A DNA stretch of 64,000 nucleotides, taken from Octopus vulgaris. Its lineage: Eukaryota. This document shows, in pieces, positions 25,926 through 41,084 of this stretch. The notes under the pieces are model-generated. The model made no database searches. It saw nothing but the letters and a program-made list of their open reading frames with translations, and was not told the origin of the DNA. The translations under genes and the position numbers were made by a program. The number at the start of each line of letters is the position of its first letter. Position 1 is the first letter of the stretch. The stretch is from NCBI GenBank assembly GCA_951406725.2, contig OX597820.1:79918001-79982000 (forward strand). Reading direction: 5' to 3'.

Positions 25926-26138
25926 CTTTTCTACTCTAGGCACAAGGCCGGAGATTTTTTAGGGAGGGAGCCAGTCGATTAAATCGACCCCAGTACGTCA
26001 CTAGTACTTAATTTATCGACGCCGAAAGGATGAAAAGCAAAGTCGACCTCGGTGGAATTTGAACTCAGAACGTAAAGACAGACGAAATACTGCTAATCAT
26101 TTCGCCCGGCGTGCTAACGTTTCTGCCAGCTCGCCGCC
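25926..26138 (-). mobile_element. SINE family B, full length with ~15-bp TSD
   Basis: TGTCGCACAAATAAT (25911-25925) and TGTCACACAAATAAT (26139-26153). Confidence 0.9.
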
Positions 26139-27387
26139 TGTCACACAAATAATGTTATAGTATTTTGGGTGACCAGTTAATAAAGCTCCTCCTATTACTG
26201 TCATTCGGATTGTGTTTACTACTAGTCTCACTATACGTATATACTCACTATGGATAATAAATAAATATTGTTCGCTTTTTCTGGGGTAGGAAGAATGGAT
26301 AGGAAAATTTATTGGATGGAAGAATGAAAAAAAGGTGAGAGGGGGGCTGGGAGAGGTAAATGTTATAGAATTAAAACTCTGGTATACGCTATTAAGGAAG
26401 AATTTAATTAAAATAGGCCTCTATGTATCACACTTAATGTATATACACAGCTGATCGGCCAGTTACTGCAGTATTTGTCCTGAGACAACATATTTTATTG
26501 ATTTCAGCTGCGTCTTCACGCCAATGAAAAGGCTCTAAATAACTGAAATTTATCTGGCGTTCTCGTTGACCACTGCCGGAACGAACTTTTGTGTCTGTGT
26601 GATATTTATTCTGTTTTTAATGCAGCAAGTCCATAAAGGTGTTACATCGGGAAAAATTTTGCAGTAACTGGCCTAACAACAGAGTGTATACATTTAGATT
26701 TAGTACGATACATAGATGCTTACAGTATAAAACATTGAAAGAAGAAGAGGTAGGAGCAGATCAAAGTCGAAGAACGAAATTAGGGTGGGCGTATAGGAGG
26801 TGTGTTTCGCTTCGACCATATTTTTGTTTACATTCCCAACGAAACCTATTGTATTTGTATATATAATTAAATGTCGGCATCTAGTTAATCCCAATGTATG
26901 GGTGCTAAACTTTAAAAATATTAGAACAGAAACAAATTAAGCTGAAATAAAATATTTTGAATATTAGGAGTTGCATTCATGATAAAATTATATGGTTTAG
27001 CAAATAATAGAAGAAAAAAATGAAGATGGCTTGTTTTATTTGATACACTGCAAACAAACGCATACAGTAGGCAGATAATATCGCACAATTTACTAGAGAC
27101 ACTGACGCAGACATATGCATAAAGAATAGGTTTAATTATATGTAAATTTATGTCACATAGGATTTTATGCAGGTATATATTTATAGAAGCTCATACATAC
27201 ATATATATATATAAGGAAAGAAGGCTGTAGAAGTACATGTCTAAGAATATAGAGCTACACGCAGTCATATGAACACATGTATGTACAGATATATACCTTC
27301 AGATGCTCTCTCTTTCTCGCTCTCTCTCTCTCACACACACACGTACACACATAAACACTCGCACACATACGTACAAACACGCACACA

Positions 27388-27812
27388 TGTGTGGTAAGAA
27401 GTTTGCTTCCAAAGCACTTGGTTCCGAGTTCATTCCCACAGCGTGGCACCTTAGGCAGGTATCTTCTACTGTAGTCTCGTACTAACCAAAGCCTTGTGGG
27501 TGGATTTGTTAGGTGGAAAGTGAAAGAAGCCCGTCATGTATATATATATGTATATATATACATATACACATATATTGTATGTAAGTATGCAAGTATTATA
27601 CATGTGTGTGTGTCTGTGTTTATGTTTATTCCTCACCACCGCTTCACAACTGGTGTAGGAGTGATTACGTTCCCATGACTCAGAGGTTCGGCAAAAGAGA
27701 CCAATAGATTAAGTGCCAGGCTTAAAAAAATAAGTCCTACAGTCGTTTCATTCGACTAAAATTCTTCATGGTGGTCCCCAACATGGCTGCAGTCTAATAA
27801 CTGAAACAGGCA
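27388..27812 (+). mobile_element. SINE family A
   Basis: Head, core, internal microsatellite and tail present. Confidence 0.82.
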
Positions 27813-27817
27813 AATGG

Positions 27818-27927
<110 letters not shown>

Positions 27928-28119
27928 ATATATATATATATATATGCATCTAGATATGTGCGTGTATGTGTGTGCGTTTGTGCGTGTGTGTATATGTATG
28001 TATATATACCAACACACACACATCTACACATATATATGTGTACTTAAACCTTTACAGATAAATGCACAAATGTACATTAAATTATACATTTGCAGGTAAA
28101 TAGGCATAATATGTTACGT

Positions 28120-28272
28120 ACGGCTGTGTGGTAAGTTGCATACTTCACAACCACATGGTTCCGGGTTCAGTCTTACTGCATGGTAACTTGTGCAAATGTC
28201 TTCTACTATAGTCTCGGGTCGACCAAAGCCTTGTGAGTGGATTTGGTAGAGGGAACCTGAAAGAAGCCCGTC

Positions 28273-28318
<46 letters not shown>

Positions 28319-28373
28319 GTTTGTGTGTCTGTGTTTTGTAGATGGAAACTGAAAAAAGCCCATCGTGTATATG

Positions 28374-28449
<76 letters not shown>

Positions 28450-28700
28450 CATACATACATACACACATATATATATATATTTGTATGTATATATGTATAT
28501 GTTTGCGCGTCTGTCCTCCCACCATCACTTGACAACCGATTTTGGTGTATTTACGTCCACGTAACTTAGCGGTTCGGCAAAAGACCGATAGAATAGGTAC
28601 TGGGCTTACAAAGAATAAGACCTGGGGCCAATGTGTTCCACTAAAAGCGGTGCTCCAGCATGGCTGCAGTCAGATGACTGAAACAAATAAATGAATAACA
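28120..28700 (+). mobile_element. SINE family A with a partial internal duplication and expanded (TA)n
   Basis: The 'gtaga..ggaa..ctgaaa..agccc..tcgt' block occurs twice (about 28246 and 28338). Confidence 0.85.
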
Positions 28701-29171
28701 ATACAAGCAGATACACGCACACACGCATATATGTATATACGTACACACATACAGATTTCTCTCTCTCTCTCTCTTCTCTTACTGTCTATCGCACAATCAT
28801 TCATAGAGAAACGTACACAACTCTTCAATGGGAATTCGCCCACACTTATTATGTCAGATGCTCTCATCTGCATCGTACTGGCGGCCTGAGTTTCAAGTAA
28901 CTCACACTTTTTCGTTCGACGCATTTCATAAGTTCTTGTTTGTGTGTGTGTGAGTGTGAATGTGTGCGTATGTAGTCACTGTATATATATAAGCACATAT
29001 AGAAACAATATTTACATCTGCACTCACCCATACATTTATACTTGCACGTATAAAAATAGACATGGAACCACATATCTGCGCACACACATATATAATATAC
29101 GTAAATATGAACAGCGACCCGCCAACGCACCAAAACTTTAGCAGATGTGCACCTACATACTTAGATATGTT

Positions 29172-29269
<98 letters not shown>

Positions 29270-29408
29270 AATATACTTATTGTTTACTTAGTATATATTG
29301 ATCATTCATTTTTATACTTTTATAATAATATATATTTGTTATTTATGTTTTGGTTTATGTCTATCACTGTTTGAGTTGCATAATAGTGGCTTTATCTCTA
29401 ATTTATAT

Positions 29409-29458
<50 letters not shown>

Positions 29459-29522
29459 TTTATATTATATTGAGGGTACTACTATTCGTAGATACCAACA
29501 CGCTAATATATATATATATATA

Positions 29523-29845
<323 letters not shown>

Positions 29846-29856
29846 AAAACAAAAAC

Positions 29857-29909
<53 letters not shown>

Positions 29910-30248
29910 CTTATATATATGTATGTACGTACGTATGTATATGAGTGCCTGTGTAAAGACAGATATATACACTTATGTATGTATTTAATAAATGTACATT
30001 TATTTTCATATATATATGTATATATATATATATGTTTGTGTGTATGCGTGTGTGTGTGTGTAGAGTTTTTGAAGTTATGTACAAATATTATATACTGAGA
30101 ATAATAAGGTAGTCAGAATGTTGGATGATGATATATATTTTTATTTACATATTTAGCGCTTTCTTCCGTTATTGGATGTGTAAAAAAAGTGGTTTATAGT
30201 AAGTATGCTTCCCCTTTTTATATAAAACTGAAACTGACGATGTTTTAG

Positions 30249-30289
<41 letters not shown>

Positions 30290-30419
30290 AGGAGAGGGAG
30301 GAGAAGAGATGAACAAATTAGAAAGGAAGGTGCAAGGGTGGGAGAGGAGGAGAGCGGGAGCTAGTGTAGATAGAGAAGAGAAAAGAAAGGAGTGTCTTGG
30401 GGTTCTGCGGAGGAAGGGA

Positions 30420-31930
30420 AAAGAACGAAAATGTTTGAGAGTGAGGGGGAGGTAAAAGAGCCGTGGCTTTTGTATCAGTGTGGTCAAACTTGTTTGATTA
30501 TGATTCAATATGTTGTGTTTTTCCCTTTTTAGTGACCTGTTGGGTGGGGAAGGAAAGGAATTTTTTTTATTCAAGTGGTCTAGGTTTTTAATTGGAAGAC
30601 CAGGTGTTTTTGATTTTCTCCAGTAAGAATTATAATTACATTTCAAGGTCTTTCATTTTAAAATTCTTTTGTATTCATTAATGTAATGGGGGAGAGAATG
30701 GTTGTATGGATGTGGTCGAATTGTCTTTTTATTAAGATTCTATATGTTGTTTTTGATTTAGTCGTGTATGGCTATGTTTTTGAAAGAGTGATCTTAAAGT
30801 AAGTATAGGTATGATTTTAAATACAATATGAAAAATGTTTTAAGTGTGGGAAAGTCTTTCTCAATTATAAATCTAATCTGAATTTCTTCCCAAAAATCAT
30901 AAATATAATCTGCGTTCCTTGAATTTTCCTTATCCCCGTATTTCCAAACTGACCGTTTAATTTCGATGAGAACGTCCATTGTCTTTCGGAAGGTTGGGTC
31001 GTTCCTTGAGCATTTATAGAAGGCGATGATCTTGAATGTTCCTTCTCCACATATTTCGGTAAGAACTTCTCTATGAAGTTTGCATTAAGAATTTTGCAAA
31101 CCAAATAGAAAAAAGAAGGTTCAATACCTTTAAAGAATGTGTGCAGGTTTTTCTTCGTTTATTATTTGCTCCTGAGTTGAAGTTCGGTATAATTAGCCTA
31201 TAATAGTTGATGATTTTGGTATTCACTGATTCCAGTCGAGTCTGATGCGGTGGCACAGTAGAACAGTAGAGGGTTTTATAGTCACGCTTGTCAATTTGAA
31301 TATATGGTGTCCCTTTTTGCTGTTGTGCTTGTTCGAGATAGGGTTAGCCAATCTTTGAAATTAAGTGTATCATTCTAAAGCATCATTGTTGAGGCCTCCG
31401 TGGTTTAAAGATAAAAGCTAGTACATTTTATAACTGATCTTTCTCTTATCAGTCTTCCTTGAGTTCATTAGCTTGATAGTAGATCTATTATCGATGGCAG
31501 GTATATGATCCGAAAGTATGTAATATGATTAGTTGGGTATAAGGAGTTCCGTTCTATCAACTGCGTAAAAACTGAAAGTTATTTATTTAACGCGAAGCTT
31601 TTGATGATAACCTTTAAGCTATCCCAGTTAGTTTTCTTGGGCAGTTTGATGATCGCTGATAAGAGAAATCTGCGCAGCCAGCAGGGAATCTGTGAAATTA
31701 ATTTCTGCGATTAAGCTTATTAACATATCACTTTCAAAGATTTTTAATTCCCATAGTCATCAACATACAGTTTCCCAACCGCCGAGCGTCAATGATGAAT
31801 CCCAATAGAAATTATATTTATTGAGCCTCACATTACTGAGTTTCAAGCTGGATTATTATAATTTTCGGAAATGTAGAGAACACATGCTTCTTAGTATTTC
31901 TCGGATGGTTTTCAATTTGAATCAATAGAG
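30420..31930 (-). pseudogene. Highly decayed L1/Tx1-like LINE ORF2 C-terminal region
   Basis: Remnants LNHGGLN (~31395) and EICGEG..(H)AFYKC, a CCHC-knuckle-like segment (~31060-31005); many stops; boundaries uncertain. Confidence 0.4.
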
Positions 31931-32260
31931 ACTGAAAGACGGTTTGACAAGTAAGGTTTAAGTCGCTGTCACCTTCCACCATTGGAGCACTGCTCGCTAT
32001 AAAATAATTTTTGTAGAAAAGAAGCTATTATGATTTATGTGATATAACCAGTGGAAAATAGTAATAAATAAATGAAAGGGTTCCATAAACAGAGGCACAA
32101 TAACATTTGAACACTTTTTAACATGCATCAACGGTGACATCTAAAATACAGAATAAATACATTCATTCTGTACCATGCTATAAATCAATGTGGAGTAGTG
32201 AGTTCGAACATATTCTGGATCTACAAAAAATATACTCCATCCAGTAAGCGATAAATATTA

Positions 32261-32461
32261 TTTAATGTACACAATTACGAAAGAGATACCAATAGTTTCA
32301 TGCTTTAAGATACCTTAAATTGGCAGATTTATATAGCATCCAAGTATGTCCGTGCAATATTTCAGACTTGGAGATAAATGGTATCTTATATAATCTGCCA
32401 ATTTAAGGCTTCTTAAATCATGAAGCTATTCGTAGCTCTTTTGTAATTCTGTAATATTAAA
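32261..32461. repeat. ~200-bp imperfect palindrome (MITE-like)
   Basis: Arms include CCTTAAATTGGCAGATT / AATCTGCCAATTTAAGG plus further flanking complementarity. Confidence 0.8.
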
Positions 32462-32466
32462 TGGTA

Positions 32467-32591
<125 letters not shown>

Positions 32592-32736
32592 TAATAAATA
32601 TTAGGGAATAAATCCAAAATTAATTATATTTTTTTAATAATTTTGTTATATATTTAAATAATATAAATTAATCATATGTATTGGCTTAAGTTTTTCATTG
32701 TTTGATTTGCCTAATAGTGGTTTTGTCTCTAATTTA

Positions 32737-32776
<40 letters not shown>

Positions 32777-32866
32777 TATATACATATATATACATATATA
32801 TGTGTTTGTGTTTGTGTGTATGTGTGTGTGCCTGTATCTGTGTGCGTTTGTGTATGTGAATGTAGG

Positions 32867-32906
<40 letters not shown>

Positions 32907-33195
32907 CGTGTGTGTGTGTGGGTGTGCGTGTGTCTATGGCTAGACAGATCTAAAAGTGTAAACGATAGAACAGTCACCGTGGCGAAAGTGTTCTAAGAGC
33001 GAGAGAGAAAGTAAAGAACTTGAGATTAGAGAGAAAATAGTGTGGGTCACTCACTGAATGGATGCATGGATGCATATCTGTCTACAGATTTATAGAAGTA
33101 GAGAGAGAGGAGAAAAGTGAATTAATGAGTCCGTTTGAATAATCAAGAAGAATGAGCGAATGTGAAAAGAATATGAATGAAAACACACACACACG

Positions 33196-33274
<79 letters not shown>

Positions 33275-33373
33275 GGAGGAAGTGCTTTGAAAACTTTAAA
33301 ATAGAGAAAAATGAGTATTTCCAATTTCATCGATGTGTGTGTATATATATATCACATATAAATGTGTATGTGT

Positions 33374-33413
<40 letters not shown>

Positions 33414-33444
33414 GTATACATATATACACACACATATATATATA

Positions 33445-33507
<63 letters not shown>

Positions 33508-33559
33508 CACAGTAGCTAGTTCTAAAATGTCTAAACAAGATATAAGTAGTAACAATACT

Positions 33560-33935
33560 AGACGGTAGTTTTTTCGCCACTACAACATGGCTGTTCTATA
33601 AAGAACTATGCTGTTACATTTTAACCCCAAGAAAACATCTTTTCCGTCTGGTTAACGACACACAATGTGTCCGATATATTGTGAGTAAGGGAGCGAATAT
33701 CTCCCTTCCAGCTTGGCAAAACCAGTAGCTCATAGTTTCTGGGTTTTTGTCCTTCATCGGTAGTGGATACTTGCTTGCTAGAGGTGGCAGTCAATCGTCC
33801 CTACTCACAATATATCGGACACAGGTTGCGTGTCGTTAACTAGCTGGAAAAATATGTTGTCTTGGAGTTAAAATGTAATAACATAGTTTTCTTTATAGAA
33901 CAGCTCTGTTATAGGCAAAAAAAAACCATTACCGT
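33560..33935. mobile_element. MITE-like fold-back with ~130-bp inverted arms
   Basis: For example TGTCCGATATATTGTGAGTA / TACTCACAATATATCGGACA and GCTGTTCTATAAAGAA / TTCTTTATAGAACAGC; related single arms near 21930-22030 and 55255-55475. Confidence 0.75.
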
Positions 33936-33960
33936 CCCTCTCTATCTCTCTCTTTACACA

Positions 33961-34037
<77 letters not shown>

Positions 34038-34385
34038 GGTGTTCCAGCATGACCACAGTCAAATGACTGAATCGAGTATAGTCTTTAAAAAGTAGCATAG
34101 CACTCGATCAGTTAAGGGAATAAAGATATTATAATGAAAACCACAAGAAGCCTTGTGAAATACAGCTACCGAAGGTTTCCTGGTCGAGATATTAATTTCT
34201 TTCGCCATTGATCAAACGGGTAGAAACAATTAGACGGTTTAGTAGCTGTGTTCGATACAATTGACATTTGAATGAGCACGCATGTTTAGAAAACTTGTTG
34301 TTTTTACCAGCTTGATAAATAGCGATATAAATTAATATTTCGACTAGGGATAGTTGTATTTCAGAAATTTGTTTGCGAGCTTTTT

Positions 34386-34480
<95 letters not shown>

Positions 34481-34570
34481 AACACACACACAAACACACA
34501 CACACACATACATACATACACATATATACATACACACTTATATATGAACATACACACACAAACACACATA

Positions 34571-34818
34571 CAGAGTGACCCAAAAGTAGGTTTACAGTTA
34601 TCACGTAGGCACTTTAAATTTCTTTTAAGACATTTTATTACATTTAAATTTCTATCTTACAAACTGAAAAGACAGCTTGACAAAATAAACTAAATTAGCA
34701 TAGAATAATGGTTTCATGTCTTTTTTATAATTAAGATCTAAACTGTTAACATATGGAAACTGTTAACATATGGAAAGAGACAGTTGAATAACTGTAAGCC
34801 TACTTTTGGCCCACCCTG
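34571..34818. mobile_element. Tc1/mariner-superfamily MITE (248 bp)
   Basis: TIR CAGAGTGACCCAAAAGTAGGTTTACAGTTAT / ATAACTGTAAGCCTACTTTTGGCCCACCCTG; TA on both sides. Confidence 0.88.
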
Positions 34819-34942
34819 TATACATAATATATATATGCATAATATATGTATATATGTATGTGTATACATATGTATGTATATATGTATGAATTTATGTAGG
34901 TATCTATAGATAAGGAAACATGCATGAATATATATATGGTTG

Positions 34943-34983
<41 letters not shown>

Positions 34984-35299
34984 TTATGCATATACGTACA
35001 TACACACATATGTTACACATTCTATTATTCTTGTATGTATGTATATATGTGTGTTTATGCCTTATCTAATGAATGACTTGAAATATTTCATCATTATATT
35101 TTAAGTGAGAAATGTTTGCGCAAAAGGTTTTAAAACAATTACTACTAATGGATGAAAGTGAGTTATACCAAATTATTTCCTATTTACTCTTTATTCTTAC
35201 TTCCACTCAATGATAGATTATCTTTACTAATAGATCTAACCTATCTGTAAACCTGCTACGTAAAACTCTTTTAAAGTGTATTTTGGAAACGTAGAAGTT

Positions 35300-35990
35300 A
35301 TGATAGGAAAGGCATGAAATACGTAAGGTTTCCTTTTAAACGAACTTATTTAAAACTGTTCCTTGGATCGTTGGAAAATCTATTTCTACAATAGATTGAA
35401 TCATTAAGTTTCCTGAAACGTGAAAAAATGTGAGAACCTATAATGCCGAACCAATTTGGATGTATTATTCTGCAATATTGCTAATCCCGTGGAGTATTCA
35501 GCTCATATAGCAACATCAAAAGGAATATTAAGGACTCTTTTTTTTTTTATCCATTTTATATTACAATAAAACAACAGATTTTCTAACATGACAAATAATA
35601 TTAATCTCTGAGGCTGTGTGGAGTGAAAATGCTTTAGCGGAAATATAATAGCCTCGTTTAAAATGGTTTCGCTAATCGAAGGGTGATGCTTCCTAATATC
35701 AACAAACATAAAAAGCAAAATTTTCGTTTTTAAATAGGAAACCAAGAAATTATAGAACTGGTGTTTATCGCAAGTGGTAAATATTAAGTCTGTTTAATTT
35801 TGGGTATTACGTTGTCAAAAATAGATCTGTTTGTTATTCTAACGAGCGCTTTAGTACGGTCGAAGAGTTTTGTTGGCATGAGAGACTGTCTATCTATTTG
35901 GTTTCTCCTGCTGATCTGAAAATGCTGCCAGTGCAGATATGCGAAAGTAGAATTCTTTATATATATATATATTCTTGATCTTTTCACTTT
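35300..35990 (-). pseudogene. Decayed Penelope-like element reverse transcriptase
   Basis: FMFVDIRKHHPSISETILNEAI resembles FxxFDIxxFYPSISExLLxxAL; LLFYCNIKWIKKK..PFDVA(M) resembles LLFxxxxxWxKK..FDVTMG of one PLE lineage; frameshifted. Confidence 0.65.
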
Positions 35991-35999
35991 CACTGATAT

Positions 36000-36420
36000 T
36001 TCGAGTTACCCGACCACTATCTCATTGTTCTTGTCCAATATGTTACTCGTTATTGGATTCTGGGCTCAAGTTATAGATAGGTTCAATGAAATCAATATTG
36101 TTATTGTAGATATGAGTGAGACCTTTGACAGTGTCTTGCATGCAAATCCCATGTGAAAACCTTCCACCTACGTGCCTCACGCTCCTCTCATCTCTTGGAT
36201 CGATAGATTTCTATCACAGCGCACAATCACGGCTTGTGATGCTAGAGAAATATTTAACACAATTTCTGTTAATTTATAGCAATAACTTTTATAGCGGATC
36301 ACTTTTATACCACACTCTCTTCTTTCCAGACGTCGCTGACTGATTTGCTGCCATATAAAAAAATTTCCAGTTTTATACAAATGTCATTCCACACTAACTT
36401 TCTCCAAACACGAAACACAA
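36000..36420 (+). pseudogene. Decayed CR1/L2/Jockey-group RT fragment
   Basis: IVIVDMSETFDSVLHA..LISWIDRFLSQRTI resembles ALDISKAFDRVWH..WIxSFLSxR. Confidence 0.65.
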
Positions 36421-36761
36421 GTTTAGGTACTCCCTACGCATTCAACCTATTACTTCCCAACACACATGTAAAGTGTGTGTGTATGTATTTACATACATAT
36501 ATATATTTGGATTTATTATTCTGCAATATTGCTAATCCCGTGGAGTGTTTAGCTCATATAGCAACATCAAAAGGAATATTAAGGACTCTATAAATACATA
36601 TATAATAGTGGTTTTATCTCTAATTTAATTTATATATATATATATATATAAATATCCGGTTCTTGACTGAAGACTGAGGGTTTCGAATGTCCTGTCCGTG
36701 TTTATTGTGTCGTCTTCTAAGAGTTATACGTTCTTGTCCATGTTGTATTTTTCTACATACC

Positions 36762-36851
<90 letters not shown>

Positions 36852-36879
36852 TGTATATATATATATATATATATCGTGG

Positions 36880-37232
36880 TACACCGTCGGTTACGACGGC
36901 GAGGGTTCCAGTTGATCCGATCACCGGAACAGCCTGCTCGTGAAATTAACGTGCAAGTGGCTGAGCATCCACAGACACGTGTACCCTTAACGTAGTTCAC
37001 GGGGAGATTCAGCATAACACAGAGTGTGACAAGACTGGCCCTTTGAAAAACACGTAAAACAGAAATAGGAAGAAAGAATGAGAGAAAGTTGTGGTGAAAG
37101 AGTACAGCAGGGTTCGTGGAGCTTTAGGTGTTTTCGCTCAATAAACGCTGACAACGCCCGGTCTAGGAATCGAAACCGCGATCTCACGACCACGTGTCCG
37201 CTGTCCTAGCCCCTGGGTCATTGCGCTTCCAC
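36880..37232 (-). mobile_element. SINE family C, full length
   Basis: tRNA-like head with B-box-like GGTTTCGATTCC; tail shared with 5381-5680. Confidence 0.85.
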
Positions 37233-37238
37233 ACTCTG

Positions 37239-37510
<272 letters not shown>

Positions 37511-38229
37511 TATATATACTATATATATTTAAATGTTGGGTCAGGTTTTAGGTCATTTGTATGAATTTAGAAAAAGACGCGTATCTCATCAAAAGAAAGC
37601 TGTGTTTGAAAATAAGTTGGTACAAATTGTCTTGCGAATCCTTTTATCCCACCCATCCAACGAATCTACTGCTTATTGCCTGTTTCTGTTACATTGATTT
37701 CTTCTTACGAAAAATTATTTTAAATATCCTTTCAAATCCATTCACTAATTATTTGTCTCAGATATATGACATATTTAAAAACAAATTCTTTGAATTACTT
37801 ATCATTCCTGATTATTATGGAAGAAAATATAAACAAACATATTCACGATGTATTATCTAATACGTCTAACATTATCTCACCTGGTTTTCACTTTATTATT
37901 AAATACTATATTTAGCTCGAATATACTCCAACACATCCGTAATGCTTTTAATTCATTAACAAAAACTAAAGAATTTCATTTTCTTCGTAGCTTGTTAATT
38001 ATATCCGGGTTCTTAGATAAACACTTTACTTTTGCTCGGTTTATTTATACTATTACAAATAACGTACCATTACATTTATAAATGACTGTTTTAACTTGGT
38101 TAATATAATATCACAATTTTCCAAATTGTAATGTTGTTAGCCAGCTAACAAATATATTTCACTTTATGTGGTATCAAGAACATTTCAGGAGTTTTCACTT
38201 TTATTTACTAGTCTATAATTTCTTCGGTT

Positions 38230-38870
38230 ATATGTGAATTAATTTACATTGCTCGGTGCTAGGCTGTAGTCTATACGGGCAGCAGGGGTTAAGTACCATG
38301 CCTTTGTGTATGGAGCAGCCAAACTTAATGTGTCATATCTGGATTGTTGGCTGCCAGTGGATTGAAGTTTACAAACAGGGCGTACCTCTATTGGCAGCAA
38401 TACAATAATTCGTTCTTCTTGTTGATGGATGGTGCAAGTTGGTGGTGTATATATAGTCTCTCGCGAAGGCAGAGTTGGCAATTGCGAATTCTAGGTGAGC
38501 ACGGAGGGTAAGTCGTTCCGATGGTCACGGAGTCTCCAGATAAAACGGAACAGATAGGTGGATTTTCTCCATCCCTGTATCTGAAGAAGTAAATATGCTG
38601 TGAATACGTTTCCTTGAAGACAGGCTGCCATGGCTGTGTAGTGTCATGTAAATATCATCGGATAGTATTTGAGTGGCTCGTTAGACCATTAGTGGGCTGT
38701 TGGTGGAATTTAAGATGTAACTGTATGGGGTGTGTACTAGAAATCGTGTAGGTGTGTGTTTGCGTCTATTATTGCATGCAATGTTGTCTAAGCCGAGTAA
38801 TTGACCTTGACGTTCTGGGGTTTGAAAAGTTTGTAATGCTTATTGGTTTTAGGATAGTGTTTCTTTATTA
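38230..38870 (-). pseudogene. Possible decayed APE-endonuclease region of a LINE
   Basis: RQGQLL..IIDANTPTRF..W..TQILSDDIY loosely matches RGxxL..ILNxxTPTR..LSSDHLP. Confidence 0.35.
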
Positions 38871-39469
38871 GCGCCAGGGAGCTCATAGCTGTGTTGGTTG
38901 ACGCCGCGAGATTCAATGGATTGAGAGATCTTCGATGGAACCCCTCCCACGTTAAACGAAGCATTAGCGTAGAATGGATTCACTGACAAGTTAGTATATG
39001 TGGAAGACACTCCACCCTCGACGCGAAGAGGGTCAGAAATAGAAAGTTAATCTGTTTCAATCCTTCATGAGCGAAGTCAAACTGCCTGTAAATGATATAC
39101 GTAACTCAAACCAAATATGTTGAGTATCACTTTTGTCCACTTGTATTATATGCATGCATACATACATGCACGCTTACCACCCACACCCACCTACACACAC
39201 ACACACACATATGTAATACATATATGTATACATGCCTACAAAGCAAATTACATGAGAAAATCTGAAGGTGTTTAATATTCTTAACTACTTAAACTTGGCT
39301 TCTTAAATACTAAAACTTGGCTTCATTTTAAATAGTTTATTCCCATCCCTTTCATAAGAAGAAACACTAGAAGTAATGTATGAGGTAGGATTAGTTCATT
39401 CTGGTACACTATACATACACACAAACACACCTATGAAAGATGAAACATATATTTATATTTGTGTGTATA

Positions 39470-39519
<50 letters not shown>

Positions 39520-40034
39520 ATTTGTATATACATATGTATGTATATATGTGTATATATATGTATATGTATATATGTATATCCATGTATATATATATATATA
39601 ATATTTGTATATACATATGTATGTATATATGTGTGTATATATGTATGCATATATATATATACACACACAAACACGCACAGACCCACACACATACACGCAC
39701 ACTCGCACACACATTATAAGTATCTATACTTAAAGAATTCACTATAAGATCCTATCCGTTTTCTATGTTGGTACATAACGCATCGTAATTAAAACCATTT
39801 TATATCGTGATTACATAATTAATTAATATATTATATGTTACTGTCCTCTCTACCCTTCCTTCTTCTTTGGAAAACAAGATCAGAAGTAGAACTAATAAAT
39901 GCAGCGATACGTTTAAGGTTTAAATAAATTCTAATTAGCAATAATTATTCTATGTTGTTTGGTGTTATTCCAGGATATGTAAATGAATGGGTAACCAGGT
40001 GCTGAAAATCGCATGTGATTAGGAAGCTAGACCC

Positions 40035-40468
40035 AGACTTGGCTACGTGGTTAAGAAGCACGCTTTGCAACAACGTGGTTTTAGGGTTCATTCCCATTAC
40101 GCGTAACCTTGGCTAAGGGCCCTCTAAGCCGCGGGACGACTAATGCCTTGTGACTGATTTTGATAGTCAGAAACTATGTGGAATCCTGTCATATACGTTT
40201 GTGTGTTTGTGAGTGCGTGTTTTCGTCTGTGTGGATATATGTGTGTGTTTGCGCTTGTTTTTTTTTTCCCGCAATCGCTTGACAGCCGGTCTTAGTTTGT
40301 TTACGTTTCCGTAGCTAAGCAGTCCGGCAAACGAGTCCGACAACATAAGTGGCAAACTTAAAATAATAGTGCAGGGTTCGATTTGTTCCACAACACTATT
40401 CAAAGGCGTGCTCCAGTATGGTCGCAGTCCAATGACTGAAACAAGTAAAAGATGAAAGATGAAAGATA
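40035..40468 (+). mobile_element. Old, diverged SINE family A
   Basis: Recognisable head, core and tail 'gctccagtatggtcgcagtccaatgactgaaacaagtaaaag'. Confidence 0.78.
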
Positions 40469-40762
40469 TAGTCACCACTGCCGCAGGAAATGATAACAAC
40501 CAACTTTTTGCGCTGTTAAATTTTCCTAAAGGGACCTTTACTTTTTCGTTTATTATTGCTTAGTCTCAGATAATCCTTATGAAGCTAATCAATATAATCC
40601 AAGATATTCGAGTCACGATTATTTGATTTCGTTATCGGATATCTACGATATTATTATCCAGTATTCCTTTTAAAGATGTCCAAGTTGGTAGATTAAGAGT
40701 TGGGAGAGAATTAGCTGGTATTTCTAGAAAATCAAGCAATCAGGTATAAGGTCCCTAGTTGT

Positions 40763-40885
40763 GCGCAGGCGTGGCGTGGCTGTGTAGTCTTGAGTTCAGT
40801 CCTACTGCATCTTTTACTGTAACCCCAGGTCGATCAATGTTTTGTGAGTGACTTTGGTAGGTGGAAACTGTATGAAAACCCGTTA
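40763..40885 (+). mobile_element. SINE family A, deleted 5' part
   Basis: 'gcgcaggcgtggc..gagttcagtcc..tgtgagtgactttggtag'. Confidence 0.65.
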
Positions 40886-41084
40886 AATGTGTGTGTGTTT
40901 GTGTGTGTGCGCGTATATATATATATATATACCAACACAATATATAATTACCCAACACAATATGGGGAAAAAAGCGTTCTAACATGCTCAAAGTGATTAA
41001 AACTTAATTCTTTCCGTCTGACATTAAACGAAACAGTTTAAATTTTAAAGAAAAAAGAAAAAAAAAATCAGAGAAAAATATTCG

